The notes under the pieces were generated by a model. It was not told the origin of the DNA. It did not search any database and saw nothing but the letters and a program-made list of their open reading frames with translations. Positions 25,936 to 34,790 of a stretch of 64,000 nt of DNA are shown piece by piece (position 1 is the stretch's first letter; each line of letters begins with the position of its first letter). The translations under genes were made by a program, and so were the position numbers. The stretch spans positions 64,001-128,000 of IMG/VR virus record IMGVR_UViG_3300025150_000003; one strand, 5' to 3'. The stretch is from a virus.

Positions 25936-28900
25936 CTAGTCCTCCACGTTGTTGGAGTTGGCGGTGGCTGTACCGGGGGCAACGTTGAACACAGTGGCCA
26001 AGTTGTCTACCTTGTTGCCCACGGCCACCTGACCCACCGTGGGAGCAGCAGCAGGAACCGCACTGTTGATGGAGGCCGTCCGGTTACCCACGATAACACC
26101 TGTATTGGTGGCTGCGGCTCCCGCGTTTACCAGAAGGTCACCGGTGATCAGGTTACCCACGACCACGTAATTGTCTGATCCTGTGAGGTCCACAGAGGCC
26201 GCAGCCCCCACGGAGGTCCCCACCCAGTTCCCCTGGAACACCACCTGGTCGGAGTTGTTCAAGGTAACGGCACCCGCACACCTGTTGCCTTGGACGGTCG
26301 TGCGAAGAACAGCCTGGATCGACAAAGTGTCCAAGCAAAAGTTGCCCGTAAAGGTGCCGTTGTCCATCCCCCCAAAGGAGGTAGCTGCATCGAAGTGGTT
26401 GTTGCTGATGACGGGTTGGGAACAAACCGAAGGCAGAGTCCACGTCACGGCCCCCGTGAAGTGATTGCTCGTGATCTCGTAGACGAAATCCCCCGCCCCG
26501 CCCTCGAATGCCACGGCCCCAACGACATCATTCCCACGGATCACGATAGAAGTGCAGCCCGAGGTCGTGAATGTCCCCTGGACTTGATTATCGAGGAACT
26601 TGCATTTGCTGGAACTGGACAGCACAGCATCTCCAGCAACATGGTTCCCCGAGAACAGGCAGTAGTCTCCCTGACCGAACAGGGAGAAGCTCATGACGTT
26701 GTTCTCACAAACGCTCGACCCCCCCAAGAAGTTGAGGGAGTAGATGTTGGGAGAACCTGACTCCTTCTCCTTGCCACCAATCACGTTGCCCCGAATGGTG
26801 CTGTACTGACCCTCGAACCAGATCCCACCACCATCGGCCCCGTCGTTTTGAACCACGTTGTCACAGACGACGAAGTTCTGAGCGCCGGCACCCCCACCAT
26901 CGGTGAAATGCAAGGTCGTGACCGACACCTGATTCTTGCAGAAGATGGTTCCCACACCGTCGATTTCCAGCATCAACCCAGCAGCGGACTGTGTGAGATG
27001 GTTCCCAAGGAAGCTGTTGTAGTTGCCCGCGAGAGTAATGTCTGCCTGAATTCCGATCTGGCAGCCCTCGAAGCGGTTGCGCTCAGCATCCACCCCCGAG
27101 TCCTGGAAACCATTAAGGAAATAGCAACCAATGAACGAGCAATCGCTCCCGAGCGTCACCCGTCCGTTGAAAGCAACTGTGACCGCGCCGAAGGTGACGT
27201 TGCTGAAGAAGTTGAAGGACCCCACAAGGATGGGGTCGTTGCCGAGGAACTGGTCTCCTTCATAGGACCCGTACTGTCCTGTAGCGACCAGGCTCTCGAA
27301 CCAGTTCGAGTTGGTCTGAACCTGATCTCCATTCACGATCAGGTAGCCACCAACTGTTGCACGATTGAAGGACACCACGGAGTAGTCCCCTACTCCAATG
27401 TTGTAGTCCACCTCGTTTCCGAGGATCTCGGCTCCGATACCCTGACTGTCAATCGCCAGATCATTGAGCACACCACCTGAGAGTGTGACCTTGTTGTGGA
27501 GGACCTTCGCGTAGGTGCCCGTGGTTGTGACACCCATCTTCGGAGCTGCCAGGGTGTAGACCGAAACCAACCTGCTGTTCTGCAAACTGCTATAGGGACA
27601 TCCCAGGTAGACGCCTTGCTCATCCGTGTCTGAGATGGTGCAGTTGTCGATCAGAATTGGACCCAACCCATCTGCAAAGACCCCGGTATCCCCACCTGTC
27701 AGGATGGTGTCCCGCACTGTCCAACCGATACACTGGCCAGCATGGATGATCCCGTAGGGCGTCATCAGGCCCAGAGCGGGACCCGGGGCATCCGTACTCT
27801 TGCGGGCGGTGAAGTTACAGTGCTCGATGAGCACGCGATCTGATGTGTCTACCGCACTGTCCACATAGATCGCGGTGTCGGTCAGATCCAGAGCGGTGCA
27901 ATTCCGAAACAGGAGGTTGCTCACCCCGAACGTGGGGCCGAAGCCACCAGGGTGGAACAAGAAACTGTGGGCCGGTCCAGCCAGGGTGAGGTTCTCGAAG
28001 ACGATGTTCGATGCGAGCCCACTGTCCACCACGAACAGGTTCCGGTTGGTGGTGGAACCGAGGTCAGGAGCAGCCTGGTCATCAAACCGGAAAGCCACAT
28101 CCCGGATAATCCAGTCCGAGCACCCATTCAAGTTGAACAGAGAGGGTGCGTCACCCCTCCAGGTGACCTCGTAGGAGGTGCCTACAGATCCATCCCCACG
28201 CCGACCAGCCCCCTCGATGATGAGGCCGCTGATGGCGAAGTTCATCGGGAGCTTGGTGATGTCCTCTTCCGTCGGGCCGATGATCTTGATGCGGCGGAAC
28301 TGGCCGTTCGAGACGTTCGTCGTCCGAGCGACGAACTCCACGGCATCCGCCAGCTCGTTGAAGTGAGCGTCCCCCGGCTGGTCATGGCCTGTGTATGCCC
28401 CCACTGTGATGTCGAGTCGCTTGTCTACGTCCACCAAAGGCTGGCGGAGATCGTAGTAGGCTAGGACAATCCCGAAACCATCCGGGGTGTACTCCCCGAC
28501 CAAGACATCGTTGGAAAGAGGTAGAGGAAGGGCGTTGGTGTAAGCGTACACCGGGCAGTAGGGATCCGTCCCGTCGATATAGACGTAGCCCTCAACTCCC
28601 AGGGTGGCATCCACCTGGAAGCTCTGGGCCGGCAGCACGGTGCGGACACCGGCGATGAGGACGGTCAGCTCAGCAAAGTCGAGGATGTCGTCTATGCCGA
28701 GGGGGGCCGTGGTCATCTCCCCACCCCGGATGACCCAAGAGGAGAACAGGTCCGCAAAGAGCTTCTCGTGGTCTGCTGTACGAGGGTCTGTGTGGTGGGC
28801 AAGAGAGTCCAGCAGGGACGCCCCCGGGACGCCCGGTAGGGCACCCTTGTCGATCTCCCCGACATTCGGCCCTGGGCCAACCAGCCCCGGCCCAATCAAC

Positions 28901-28980
28901 CCAGGACGTACCGTCGTGGCATCGGGGGCCATCTTGCCAGGACCAGTGTTCAGGGTCCCAGGGTTCAGGATCCGAGGCAT
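25936..28980 (-). CDS. Right-handed parallel beta-helix (pectin-lyase-like) tailspike or receptor-binding protein
   Basis: 1014 aa with many I-x-x-N/GN-x-V/I rung motifs over the C-terminal two thirds. Confidence 0.8.
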   Translation of the reverse strand: MPRILNPGTLNTGPGKMAPDATTVRPGLIGPGLVGPGPNVGEIDKGALPGVPGASLLDSLAHHTDPRTADHEKLFADLFSSWVIRGGEMTTAPLGIDDILDFAELTVLIAGVRTVLPAQSFQVDATLGVEGYVYIDGTDPYCPVYAYTNALPLPLSNDVLVGEYTPDGFGIVLAYYDLRQPLVDVDKRLDITVGAYTGHDQPGDAHFNELADAVEFVARTTNVSNGQFRRIKIIGPTEEDITKLPMNFAISGLIIEGAGRRGDGSVGTSYEVTWRGDAPSLFNLNGCSDWIIRDVAFRFDDQAAPDLGSTTNRNLFVVDSGLASNIVFENLTLAGPAHSFLFHPGGFGPTFGVSNLLFRNCTALDLTDTAIYVDSAVDTSDRVLIEHCNFTARKSTDAPGPALGLMTPYGIIHAGQCIGWTVRDTILTGGDTGVFADGLGPILIDNCTISDTDEQGVYLGCPYSSLQNSRLVSVYTLAAPKMGVTTTGTYAKVLHNKVTLSGGVLNDLAIDSQGIGAEILGNEVDYNIGVGDYSVVSFNRATVGGYLIVNGDQVQTNSNWFESLVATGQYGSYEGDQFLGNDPILVGSFNFFSNVTFGAVTVAFNGRVTLGSDCSFIGCYFLNGFQDSGVDAERNRFEGCQIGIQADITLAGNYNSFLGNHLTQSAAGLMLEIDGVGTIFCKNQVSVTTLHFTDGGGAGAQNFVVCDNVVQNDGADGGGIWFEGQYSTIRGNVIGGKEKESGSPNIYSLNFLGGSSVCENNVMSFSLFGQGDYCLFSGNHVAGDAVLSSSSKCKFLDNQVQGTFTTSGCTSIVIRGNDVVGAVAFEGGAGDFVYEITSNHFTGAVTWTLPSVCSQPVISNNHFDAATSFGGMDNGTFTGNFCLDTLSIQAVLRTTVQGNRCAGAVTLNNSDQVVFQGNWVGTSVGAAASVDLTGSDNYVVVGNLITGDLLVNAGAAATNTGVIVGNRTASINSAVPAAAPTVGQVAVGNKVDNLATVFNVAPGTATANSNNVED

Positions 28981-31900
28981 GTACGACCTCCCACGGTCAG
29001 CAGCAGATTGCGGGTCCGGTAAACTGCCGCCAGGGTCCGGTTGTCCGCAATGGGGTCCACGAACCGGACGTTGTTCTCAGCGTCCAGCTCAGCAAACCGA
29101 GAGAGAACCACAAGGAGCAGCTCCGACTTGCGGAAGAGCAGGCCCCCGTCCACCCCAGGTACATCCGCCACAGCCCGAGCCAAGAAAGGCACGAAGCTCT
29201 TGTGTCGGGTTGCCCCGGACAAGGGTTGAGCCATCACGGTGGGTCGGTAGGCCGTATCATCGGCGAACGGGTAGTAGGCCCGGAACTCCGCATCCTGCCG
29301 GGGCTTCTCGGTGGCCCCTGCCCCACCGAGACTCAGGATGTCCTGCACGTCCTGCTGCACGAAAGCGTGCAGGTTGAGCAGGCCTGTAGAGGCATCGAAG
29401 TCGGCGACCGCAACCTCGGCTGTCGCCGCAAAGAACCATTCCTCGGTGGTGTCAGTCCCGTCGTTCAACGGAATCTGATCCAGAGGAGCGTTGTACGGGA
29501 AGGACTTGTCGCAGCCACCCATGCCGAGCTGGCCTGTCCAGACACTTGGGCTGGTCAGCAGAGGCTCCACCTGAAGGGTGGTGGGCAACGTCCCAGTTCC
29601 CGTCGAGGTGATGTCACCTTCCTTGGTCCCTGCCGTCTGCGGGGAGTTCGAGCGGAAGTAGTATGAGATCTGGTAGCCCGCACCGTTCACCCCGTAGTTC
29701 GGAATGGGGTCCTGAGCGAAGTAGGTGATGGTGCACAGCGTGTGACCCACACCGGAAAGGAGACCGGTGAGGGCCGTATCCAGCTCGATGATTCGGCTGG
29801 AGGAGCCCAACTCAGAATTCGCCACGTCCACAGTCATGGGCGACACAATGGGGGTGTCCTCTACAGACAAACCAAGCCCAGCCCCATTGCTCCAGACCCG
29901 CCGAGGGAATCGTAGAGTGTCCCGGTCGAGGGACACGATCTGCTCCACCGTGGTTGTACCAACAGGGTCTCCCGCCAGAGGAGCACCGTGGGCGATGGTG
30001 TCGTTGGCGATGTATTCGCTCTGGATCTCCCGGTAGGCCAGACGATAGCGGGCAGGGAGCAACAGTTCATAGTCCGCCGGACGCTGGAGGATGTCATTCT
30101 CGACCAGTGGGCCGGGTCCCGTCACCGTCAGCACGTCATCCGAGTAGACGGTGACGTCAGGATCCACCTCGAAGTCTACGGTGTCCGTCGTCCCCTCACC
30201 CACTGGATAGGTGATCTCCACCTCCAAGAAGATGCGACGAGGAGAACCATAGTCCGCCGGAGCAGCCAAGACACCCGAACCCGCCATCTTGTGCTCGATG
30301 TTGGGTCCAGCGATGGGTTGCCCCTCAGTGGTCAGGGTGTCATTGGCATCCAAGGTCAGTTCAAGATGCGTGGTCCCCAACCCCTTGATGATCCCGAACT
30401 GCACATTTTGGTTGGTTACCTGGTCATAGTGGCCGTCATCGTGCCACGCATTGAGCACGTCCGTGATGACCGTGCCCGTCGGTGCGAGCGCCAAGAAATT
30501 CTGGTCGGGCATCCCGACACCCGAGCCTCCACCACCGTCACCCGCCCCGTTGCGGCTGTCGAACAGGCCACCCAGCGTCGTTGCGTTCAGGAACTCCAGG
30601 TCCAGATGGAGTACGTCGCCCTCGTACCAGGTCGTCGCTGAGGCAACGTCCTTGGTCACATACTTGCCTGGGTTGTTCGTGCCCGGCAGGACAGCCACCC
30701 CATCCCGGTCGCCAGGCCAGTACCCAATCACCACCCGTTCTACGACGGGCTGGGCTCCAAAGCGACGAGCAATGTGGTCGTAACTGCGTACCAGTACGCC
30801 TCGGTCAGTGCTCTCGCCAGAGCCGGGTGCCCCGCCACCTTCTGCTATAGTGCGGCCGATCTCATTGCAGATCAGGTAGCGAGTCGAGACGTCACCCGAG
30901 GCTCCACCAAGAACCTGCTTGCTGGCGGTATCCACCGACCAGGTCCGTAGGCTGCCGTCCAGGAGACTCTGCACCTGGTACTGCAACTCGGTGGCCAGAT
31001 CGATGCCAGAGGGGACAACGTGACGCCGGAGATCGAGCAGGTTCTCCTGTGTGATGACATCGCAGAAGTGTCCATCAGGTCGGTCCGAAGCCCCTGCGGG
31101 AACTGCTCCCAGCACCCCAACGAACCCTGCGTGGTCGTACACCGGGGCGCCATTGGTGTTCGCCACTGGGTCAAACCCCAGGATGGCGGCCAACACGTCG
31201 CTGGCATCGTTGTGGCGATGCACGAACGCGATGGGGATGGCGTAGACGAACCCGTCGATGGCCCCAAGGGCCTGAGCAGCCGCCTCGGATCCGTCACCAG
31301 CCACGTACAGCCCATCGTCCTTCCACCCGAAATCCACTGCCGACGTATCGAGCCAGGTACTGGCCCCATCCGCAGGGACGAAGGGGAAGGACAAGGTGTC
31401 CACGCCGTTGCCTGTCCAGACAGGCACCGCACGGTTGCCTTGGGCGAACACAGCGGCATCGAGGGGTCCACCACCAGCAATGCGGCTGGAGAATCCATCG
31501 GGGTTGACTTTGTAGTTGATCGCCTCGGAATCGTCCGTGACTCGGACCCGGTACTGAAGCTGGATGCGCTGACTCGTCTCCGTGTTGGCAACTGGGTCAA
31601 AGATCTCATCGTCGAGCCACACAGGCGACGGGGAGAGCACGTTGCCGTGCCGGAAAATCTGACCCTGTGACGTAGTCGGCTTGTTCGGGCGGTCCTCACC
31701 ACCGGTGAACAGAGCCCCCGAGACAGTCATGCACCCCACCGTCCCCACGGTGACAGACAAGGTGATGAAGTTGCCTGTGAACAAGAGGGCAGAGCCCGCT
31801 CCGGGCTCTACCGCCGTCAAGTTCACGTCACTGCCAGAATCCACCGCTGTCACGATGGTGGCGAAGGAGTTGCCCACGTCGTTGATGGCCGTCGCGATGT

Positions 31901-32621
31901 TCGTGGCCGTTGCGGTCTCTGTACCACCGATCACGAACTCATCAACTCCAGGAGGACCCACTGCGATGGCCGTCAACGGCAGAGAGTTGATGGAGATGAT
32001 GTCGCCCGGCACGATGTCGCCGACGGAAATGACCTGCACCTGTGCGGTTGCAGGTAGGGATGGGGCAACGAGGGCTCGCCAGACTTCGAGGAACACGAAG
32101 TCCGTCCGTTTCACGGTGGCGTTGGTGCCATCATAGATCTTCGCTGGGGACAGGCCGATCAGGTTGAACCCTGCCACCTGGGTGTTGGTGAACTCCACCA
32201 CCACGGGGTAGCCGGCCACCACCGCTTCCAGCCGTGGAAGCACCAGCGAGCTGGTCAGTGTGTTGTCTGCATGGATGAGAGGAATGCCCAGGGGAATGTC
32301 CACCAAGGCGGAGTCATCCGTGATGCCTACAGGAGCTGTTTCGGTGCCCCAGTCGCAGTAGGCATCCTGGTGTGTCCGACCTCGGAGCCAACCAGAACCA
32401 GTATCCCAACGACGAAGGAGATAGTTCTCCATCCATTGGGCGGCCTGGTGAAGGTTCAGCTCGCAGTCGAGCACTGGCTTCCCAGACTCGGAGATCACGG
32501 CGAGGAACGACCGCTCCCCTGTCCCGGCCGACCTGGATACCGTGTTCGGTACTCGCAGGCCAACCGGCGTCGGGGCGATCTGAATCCCGTCGAAATATTC
32601 GGAATGGTCCTTGACCGCCAC
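28965..32621 (-). CDS. Virion (baseplate/tail-fibre-associated) protein, paralogue of 18870-25097
   Basis: 1218 aa. Motifs ESGKPVLDCELN, RTDFVFLEVW, ETSQRIQLQYRVRV, DGFVYAIPI and RPDGHFCD...DLR. Confidence 0.75.
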   Translation of the reverse strand: MAVKDHSEYFDGIQIAPTPVGLRVPNTVSRSAGTGERSFLAVISESGKPVLDCELNLHQAAQWMENYLLRRWDTGSGWLRGRTHQDAYCDWGTETAPVGITDDSALVDIPLGIPLIHADNTLTSSLVLPRLEAVVAGYPVVVEFTNTQVAGFNLIGLSPAKIYDGTNATVKRTDFVFLEVWRALVAPSLPATAQVQVISVGDIVPGDIISINSLPLTAIAVGPPGVDEFVIGGTETATATNIATAINDVGNSFATIVTAVDSGSDVNLTAVEPGAGSALLFTGNFITLSVTVGTVGCMTVSGALFTGGEDRPNKPTTSQGQIFRHGNVLSPSPVWLDDEIFDPVANTETSQRIQLQYRVRVTDDSEAINYKVNPDGFSSRIAGGGPLDAAVFAQGNRAVPVWTGNGVDTLSFPFVPADGASTWLDTSAVDFGWKDDGLYVAGDGSEAAAQALGAIDGFVYAIPIAFVHRHNDASDVLAAILGFDPVANTNGAPVYDHAGFVGVLGAVPAGASDRPDGHFCDVITQENLLDLRRHVVPSGIDLATELQYQVQSLLDGSLRTWSVDTASKQVLGGASGDVSTRYLICNEIGRTIAEGGGAPGSGESTDRGVLVRSYDHIARRFGAQPVVERVVIGYWPGDRDGVAVLPGTNNPGKYVTKDVASATTWYEGDVLHLDLEFLNATTLGGLFDSRNGAGDGGGGSGVGMPDQNFLALAPTGTVITDVLNAWHDDGHYDQVTNQNVQFGIIKGLGTTHLELTLDANDTLTTEGQPIAGPNIEHKMAGSGVLAAPADYGSPRRIFLEVEITYPVGEGTTDTVDFEVDPDVTVYSDDVLTVTGPGPLVENDILQRPADYELLLPARYRLAYREIQSEYIANDTIAHGAPLAGDPVGTTTVEQIVSLDRDTLRFPRRVWSNGAGLGLSVEDTPIVSPMTVDVANSELGSSSRIIELDTALTGLLSGVGHTLCTITYFAQDPIPNYGVNGAGYQISYYFRSNSPQTAGTKEGDITSTGTGTLPTTLQVEPLLTSPSVWTGQLGMGGCDKSFPYNAPLDQIPLNDGTDTTEEWFFAATAEVAVADFDASTGLLNLHAFVQQDVQDILSLGGAGATEKPRQDAEFRAYYPFADDTAYRPTVMAQPLSGATRHKSFVPFLARAVADVPGVDGGLLFRKSELLLVVLSRFAELDAENNVRFVDPIADNRTLAAVYRTRNLLLTVGGRTCLGS

Positions 32622-32631
32622 AGGGCGCCTC

Positions 32632-33267
32632 CTAGAAGCTCAAGCGCCAGGTGATGGCAAGAATCGCTGTCGCGGGCTTCGAGACGACGGAAAATGTTAG
32701 GTAATTCGCCATCAGGTCGAACCCGTCCACGTCGATGGAGGGGTCGTAGTCCGAGGGGCCATTGACGATGGGGTTCGTGATAGCCGGGTTGAGCGAGGCG
32801 GGCACCAGCAGGCCCATCTCGTTGAGAGCACCCACGGCCTCTGACTCACCGTAGCTCGTCGTGAAGTCCACGATGTTGGTTCGGTACGCAACAGCGACGC
32901 CTGCCGCTGTGCGGTAGGTCGTAGACGAGAAGGCCTTGCGGGCGATCTCCGTGTTGAGCCTCCGCTGAGTGTTCTGCGGAGCATCCGGTGAAAGCACTGC
33001 TCCCGTTGCCCCCGTCCCCACGGCAAGCATCTTCAGCCCACCCGTCAGGTCGCCCTTGAAATGGGCCGCCGCTGCGATGCCTGCATCGAGGGTGATGATG
33101 TTGTCCCTCTCCCAATAAACGAGCTGCTCACCCGTCTTGGCGTCCTTCATGTCGAAGATGAAGGTGCCCTTGGGGCCGGGACCTTGCTCTGGATACAACA
33201 TTCCCAGCCCCATCTTGAACTGCTGGTAGGCCGCTTGCAGCCGCATTCTGTCTTGTAGGAGCGCCAT
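32632..33267 (-). CDS. Baseplate/tail-fibre attachment (tail-collar-like) protein
   Basis: NIIT...LAVGTG...LNTEIARK...EAVGALNEMGL...ITWRLSF pattern typical of myophage fibre N-terminal domains. Confidence 0.7.
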   Translation of the reverse strand: MALLQDRMRLQAAYQQFKMGLGMLYPEQGPGPKGTFIFDMKDAKTGEQLVYWERDNIITLDAGIAAAAHFKGDLTGGLKMLAVGTGATGAVLSPDAPQNTQRRLNTEIARKAFSSTTYRTAAGVAVAYRTNIVDFTTSYGESEAVGALNEMGLLVPASLNPAITNPIVNGPSDYDPSIDVDGFDLMANYLTFSVVSKPATAILAITWRLSF

Positions 33268-33335
33268 CAGTTCACCTCAAGGGAGCGTTCGGAACAGGCT
33301 TGGGGGCACAGGTCCATCCTACCCCTCTCAACCGC

Positions 33336-33350
33336 ATAGCCGAGATAACG
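33336..33350 (-). promoter_or_regulatory. Candidate second-class promoter CGNT-N7-CTAT
   Basis: CGTT-atctcgg-CTAT in the gap upstream of 33267. Confidence 0.5.
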
Positions 33351-33392
33351 TGATGAGAAATCAAGTTGATTTTCCAAAGAGCCAGCCCGTGC

Positions 33393-33740
33393 TCAGATGG
33401 TTTCCCACAACGTGAAGTGTGTTGCCGTGAACCCACCGACATCCACGTTGCCATTCGTGTCACCATTCACCACCAGCTCGATGCCGCTGTAAGCGACCGA
33501 GATGGCGATCCTGGATCCTGCTTGCTCATTGGCCCCTGTCTTTCCGGGGTCCGCAGTGCAGAACGCAAGGTGTGTTGCCCTCCCGTACCAGTGCGTGATC
33601 ATGTCCAGCAACCCAGCATCAGGGGTGCCCGCATCAACGGGGGAGACCAACACTTCGCCATCTGCAAGAAAGGGAAGGTCCCCTGCTGGGATGACTTTCG
33701 GTGCAGAGAGGGCATGGCCTCCCAGGTATGTATCAGCCAT
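33393..33740 (-). CDS. Hypothetical protein (possible fibre accessory)
   Basis: 115 aa, starting 10 nt after the upstream stop. Confidence 0.65.
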   Translation of the reverse strand: MADTYLGGHALSAPKVIPAGDLPFLADGEVLVSPVDAGTPDAGLLDMITHWYGRATHLAFCTADPGKTGANEQAGSRIAISVAYSGIELVVNGDTNGNVDVGGFTATHFTLWETI

Positions 33741-33750
33741 GTTCTCAATC

Positions 33751-34790
33751 CTATGGAGAAAGAACGGCGAAGTTCGTCCCGCCGCTCAATTTGTTGTTGG
33801 TGACGGCAGAGAAGGTTCCACCGATGACCACCCGACCGCTCCCCGGACGAACCACAAAACACTCGACCTTCTGAGCATAGGTGGAGGTGTAACCACAGTC
33901 CGGGTCCCAGGCGTCTGGGGCACCCGTGATGGGGTCCAATCGAGCAATACGGTTACGAGTAGTCACCCCCCCAAAGGTATGGCAATACCCACTAATGTAG
34001 ACCCCTGCGGCATCCGGCACCAAGTGTAACGGTGTAGCATCTGCATCCGGATCCCAGGAGTCCGCCAATCCTGTAACGGCATCGATCCGAGCCACCCGGT
34101 TCCTGAATACTGCGCCAATCGCGGCGAAGTCCCCGATGACGTAGATCCCAGCGGGGTCCACTATGATCCGGCGAGTTGAATAACTCGAATTGGGGTTCCA
34201 CCCATCGGCCAACCCTGTAGTGGGACTCAGCCGAGCAATGCGACTACGGGATGCTCCTCCGATGGTCGTGAACGATCCAACCGTATAGATGCCAGCGGCA
34301 TCGACAACAATGTGCGAGACGGTCTGACTTGCATTGGGATTCCAAGCGTCGGCGAGTCCTGTTACGGGGTCAATCCGGGCGATGTAGTTGCGAGCGGCTC
34401 CACCCGCATTCGCAAAGAAACCTCCCAGATAGATGCCGTTCCCATCCTCTGCAACGGAATTGACCCCAAAGCTGTCGGTGCCTGGGTCCCAGCTATCAGC
34501 GAGTCCCGTAACAGGGTCTAGCCGAGCGATGTTCGACCGTGCGGCTCCACCAATAGTGGTGTATCGACCACCGACATAGACCCCATCCACACCGACATAG
34601 ACACAATAGACGTTTTGATCACAATTGGGGTCCCAGGCGGTCACCAATCCGTTGCTGTCCAGGTGACACACCCGGTTGCGGGCGTAGGTTCCGACGGAAT
34701 CGGTGACGGAGGTGAAAGCTCCCCCCACGTAGTAGCCACCCGATCCATCGGGAGCCATAGCGGAGCTGCTACCGTTGAACGACGGGGCCA
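33751..34790 (-). repeat. About 49-aa tandem repeats (about 7 blades) forming a predicted beta-propeller
   Basis: The unit VYVGGxFTTIGGAARxxIARLDPVTGLADxWxP recurs about every 145-150 bp. Confidence 0.85.

Noticed and set aside
33267-33317. 16-aa upstream ORF MDLCPQACSERSLEVN coupled by TGATG to the 33267 gene
   Set aside because: Very short, with no codon bias support, and it overlaps the RBS of the next gene. Likely chance.
33751-34790. Diversity-generating retroelement target in the fibre C-terminus
   Set aside because: The repeats differ at all base types, and no template repeat or reverse transcriptase is in the window.
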